Positions 62,933 to 64,000 of a DNA stretch of 64,000 nucleotides are shown here, in pieces. The notes below the pieces were generated by a model. It worked only from the letters and a program-made list of their open reading frames with translations, was not told the origin of the DNA and did no database searches. The position numbers and the translations under genes are program-made. Source of the stretch: a virus; IMG/VR virus record IMGVR_UViG_3300028584_000320, positions 1,001 through 65,000 of that record; one strand, 5' to 3'. The stretch's first letter is position 1. Each line of letters opens with the position of its first letter.

Positions 62933-63108
62933 TTTATTCTTTCAGGATTGGATTGAGCTCTAGAGGCTCTTGGGTGGAATGCTTGCGAGTCGCATTCTGC
63001 TCAGCGGGGCAATAAGCAGGGGCAGGGACCGGGTAACCACGTCGGGGGAGGATGTGGCTGCAAGCATTCCGCCGAAGAGCCCCAGCTGCGAGAGCTGGGG
63101 CTGCAGGA

Positions 63109-63372
63109 TTACTTGGCGTAGGAGACCACGCATTCGCCTTCGGTCTTGGTCAGCCGGCCAGTCTTGTCGTCGACAAAGTCTATGCGGCCGGTGGCGTCGA
63201 ACTCGATGCGACCCGTAGTCGTGGTGTTGACCATCATGCCGTTGTAGCCCTGGCAAATGATGTGGGCCGGCTTGTCACCGTAGAAAGCTTGTCGTTGAGC
63301 AACTTCAGTGTCGCTGACGGTACAGGCAGTCATAGAAGCGGCCAGAAGGCCAAGGATCAGGATCTTCTTCAT
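63109..63372 (-). CDS. putative lipoprotein
   Basis: MKKILILGLLAASMTAC lipobox. Confidence 0.75.
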   Translation of the reverse strand: MKKILILGLLAASMTACTVSDTEVAQRQAFYGDKPAHIICQGYNGMMVNTTTTGRIEFDATGRIDFVDDKTGRLTKTEGECVVSYAK

Positions 63373-63397
63373 TGTTTTTCTCTTGGTTCAGGGGAAA

Positions 63398-63474
63398 TGG
63401 CGCACCCACCTGGGTTTGAACCAGGAACAACCGACTTAGAAGGTCGGTGCTCTATCCAATTGAGCTATGGGCAC
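63398..63474 (-). tRNA. tRNA-Arg (anticodon TCT), CCA encoded
   Basis: 77 nt cloverleaf; D-loop AATTGGATA; anticodon arm CCGAC-CTTCTAA-GTCGG; GGTTCAA T-loop; ends GCCA. Confidence 0.92.
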
Positions 63475-63480
63475 TTTGGT

Positions 63481-63936
63481 TCAGACGAAGCTGGAGAGAT
63501 CCGGCTTCTCGTAGTCGGCGCTCTTCATGATCTTCATGTTGGGGTCGAAGATCGGGTCTCCAGATTCATTGAACTTGGAGAAGTTGGATCGGTTGACCTC
63601 GGTCATGCCGCCCATGATGTCGAGATCCGACATATGAGCGCAGCCTGTGACGGTAACGATCTGATCACAGAGAGCATCTAGGTACTCTTCTCTGTCCGCA
63701 TCAGCGATGCTGACGACACCTGTGTGGGTCTTCAGGTGCATGGATAGGGAATGAAGCGCTGACTTAGCGCAGTCGAGATAGATCTGAGTGGGATAGTCCT
63801 TGGTTTGAAGGACCATCAACATCTCGTTCACTTCCTCCAGATGGCAACCCAACTGGGTGTGGAAGTTCTGATCCGCGGGTTCAGGCACGGCTTTTTCGAA
63901 CCAAGACAAAGCCTTGGCGAGGGTATCCAGGAACAT
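63481..63936 (-). CDS. MazG-like / PRA-PH nucleotide pyrophosphohydrolase
   Basis: LEEVNE, DALCDQIV, EVNRSNFSK. Confidence 0.85.
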   Translation of the reverse strand: MFLDTLAKALSWFEKAVPEPADQNFHTQLGCHLEEVNEMLMVLQTKDYPTQIYLDCAKSALHSLSMHLKTHTGVVSIADADREEYLDALCDQIVTVTGCAHMSDLDIMGGMTEVNRSNFSKFNESGDPIFDPNMKIMKSADYEKPDLSSFV

Positions 63937-64000
63937 ACTGGGTCTTTCTACGGGTTATGGGCGATGCAGTCCTTCACCAGCAGGTTCTTCACATAGTCCT

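Noticed and set aside
14337-62949. Reverse complement TTCAGGATG as CsrA/RsmA (CAGGAUG) sites
   Set aside because: It lies antisense to the adjacent mRNAs in every gene-proximal copy, so it cannot act as a leader CsrA site.

Overview
This window holds most of the genome of an N4-like (Schitoviridae) podophage. An alphaproteobacterial host is inferred from a KGG stress protein and a winged-HTH gene. The layout suggests the assembly runs across the physical genome ends, which probably lie in the mostly non-coding 18.2-19.7 kb region. Bases 1-18.2 kb (minus strand) carry early and early-middle genes: gp1- and gp2-like genes, small membrane proteins, a SASA esterase, split RNAPII (RNAP1/RNAP2), an HNH, two small-protein + SGNH-hydrolase modules flanking a metallophosphoesterase, and an AAA ATPase with its vWA partner. 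Bases 19.7-50.5 kb (plus strand) carry late genes: terminase, tail fibre, lysis cassette, portal, major capsid, ejection proteins and a 3435-aa virion RNAP. Bases 50.5-64 kb (minus strand) carry replication genes: RusA, SSB, AAA, primase, nuclease, a DNA polymerase split by an HNH, helicase, tRNA-Arg and a MazG-like protein. The main unexplained signals are: (1) an HNH cassette that replaced the RNAP2 3' end and left the old end behind; (2) a DNA polymerase split by a second HNH, with motif B broken by a +1 frameshift; (3) a recurring hairpin + CATCCTGA element just upstream of many start codons; (4) a duplicated, translationally coupled small-protein/SGNH esterase module at the locus where N4 encodes its capsid decoration protein. 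All protein calls are by motif recognition and synteny from memory; no database searches were run.
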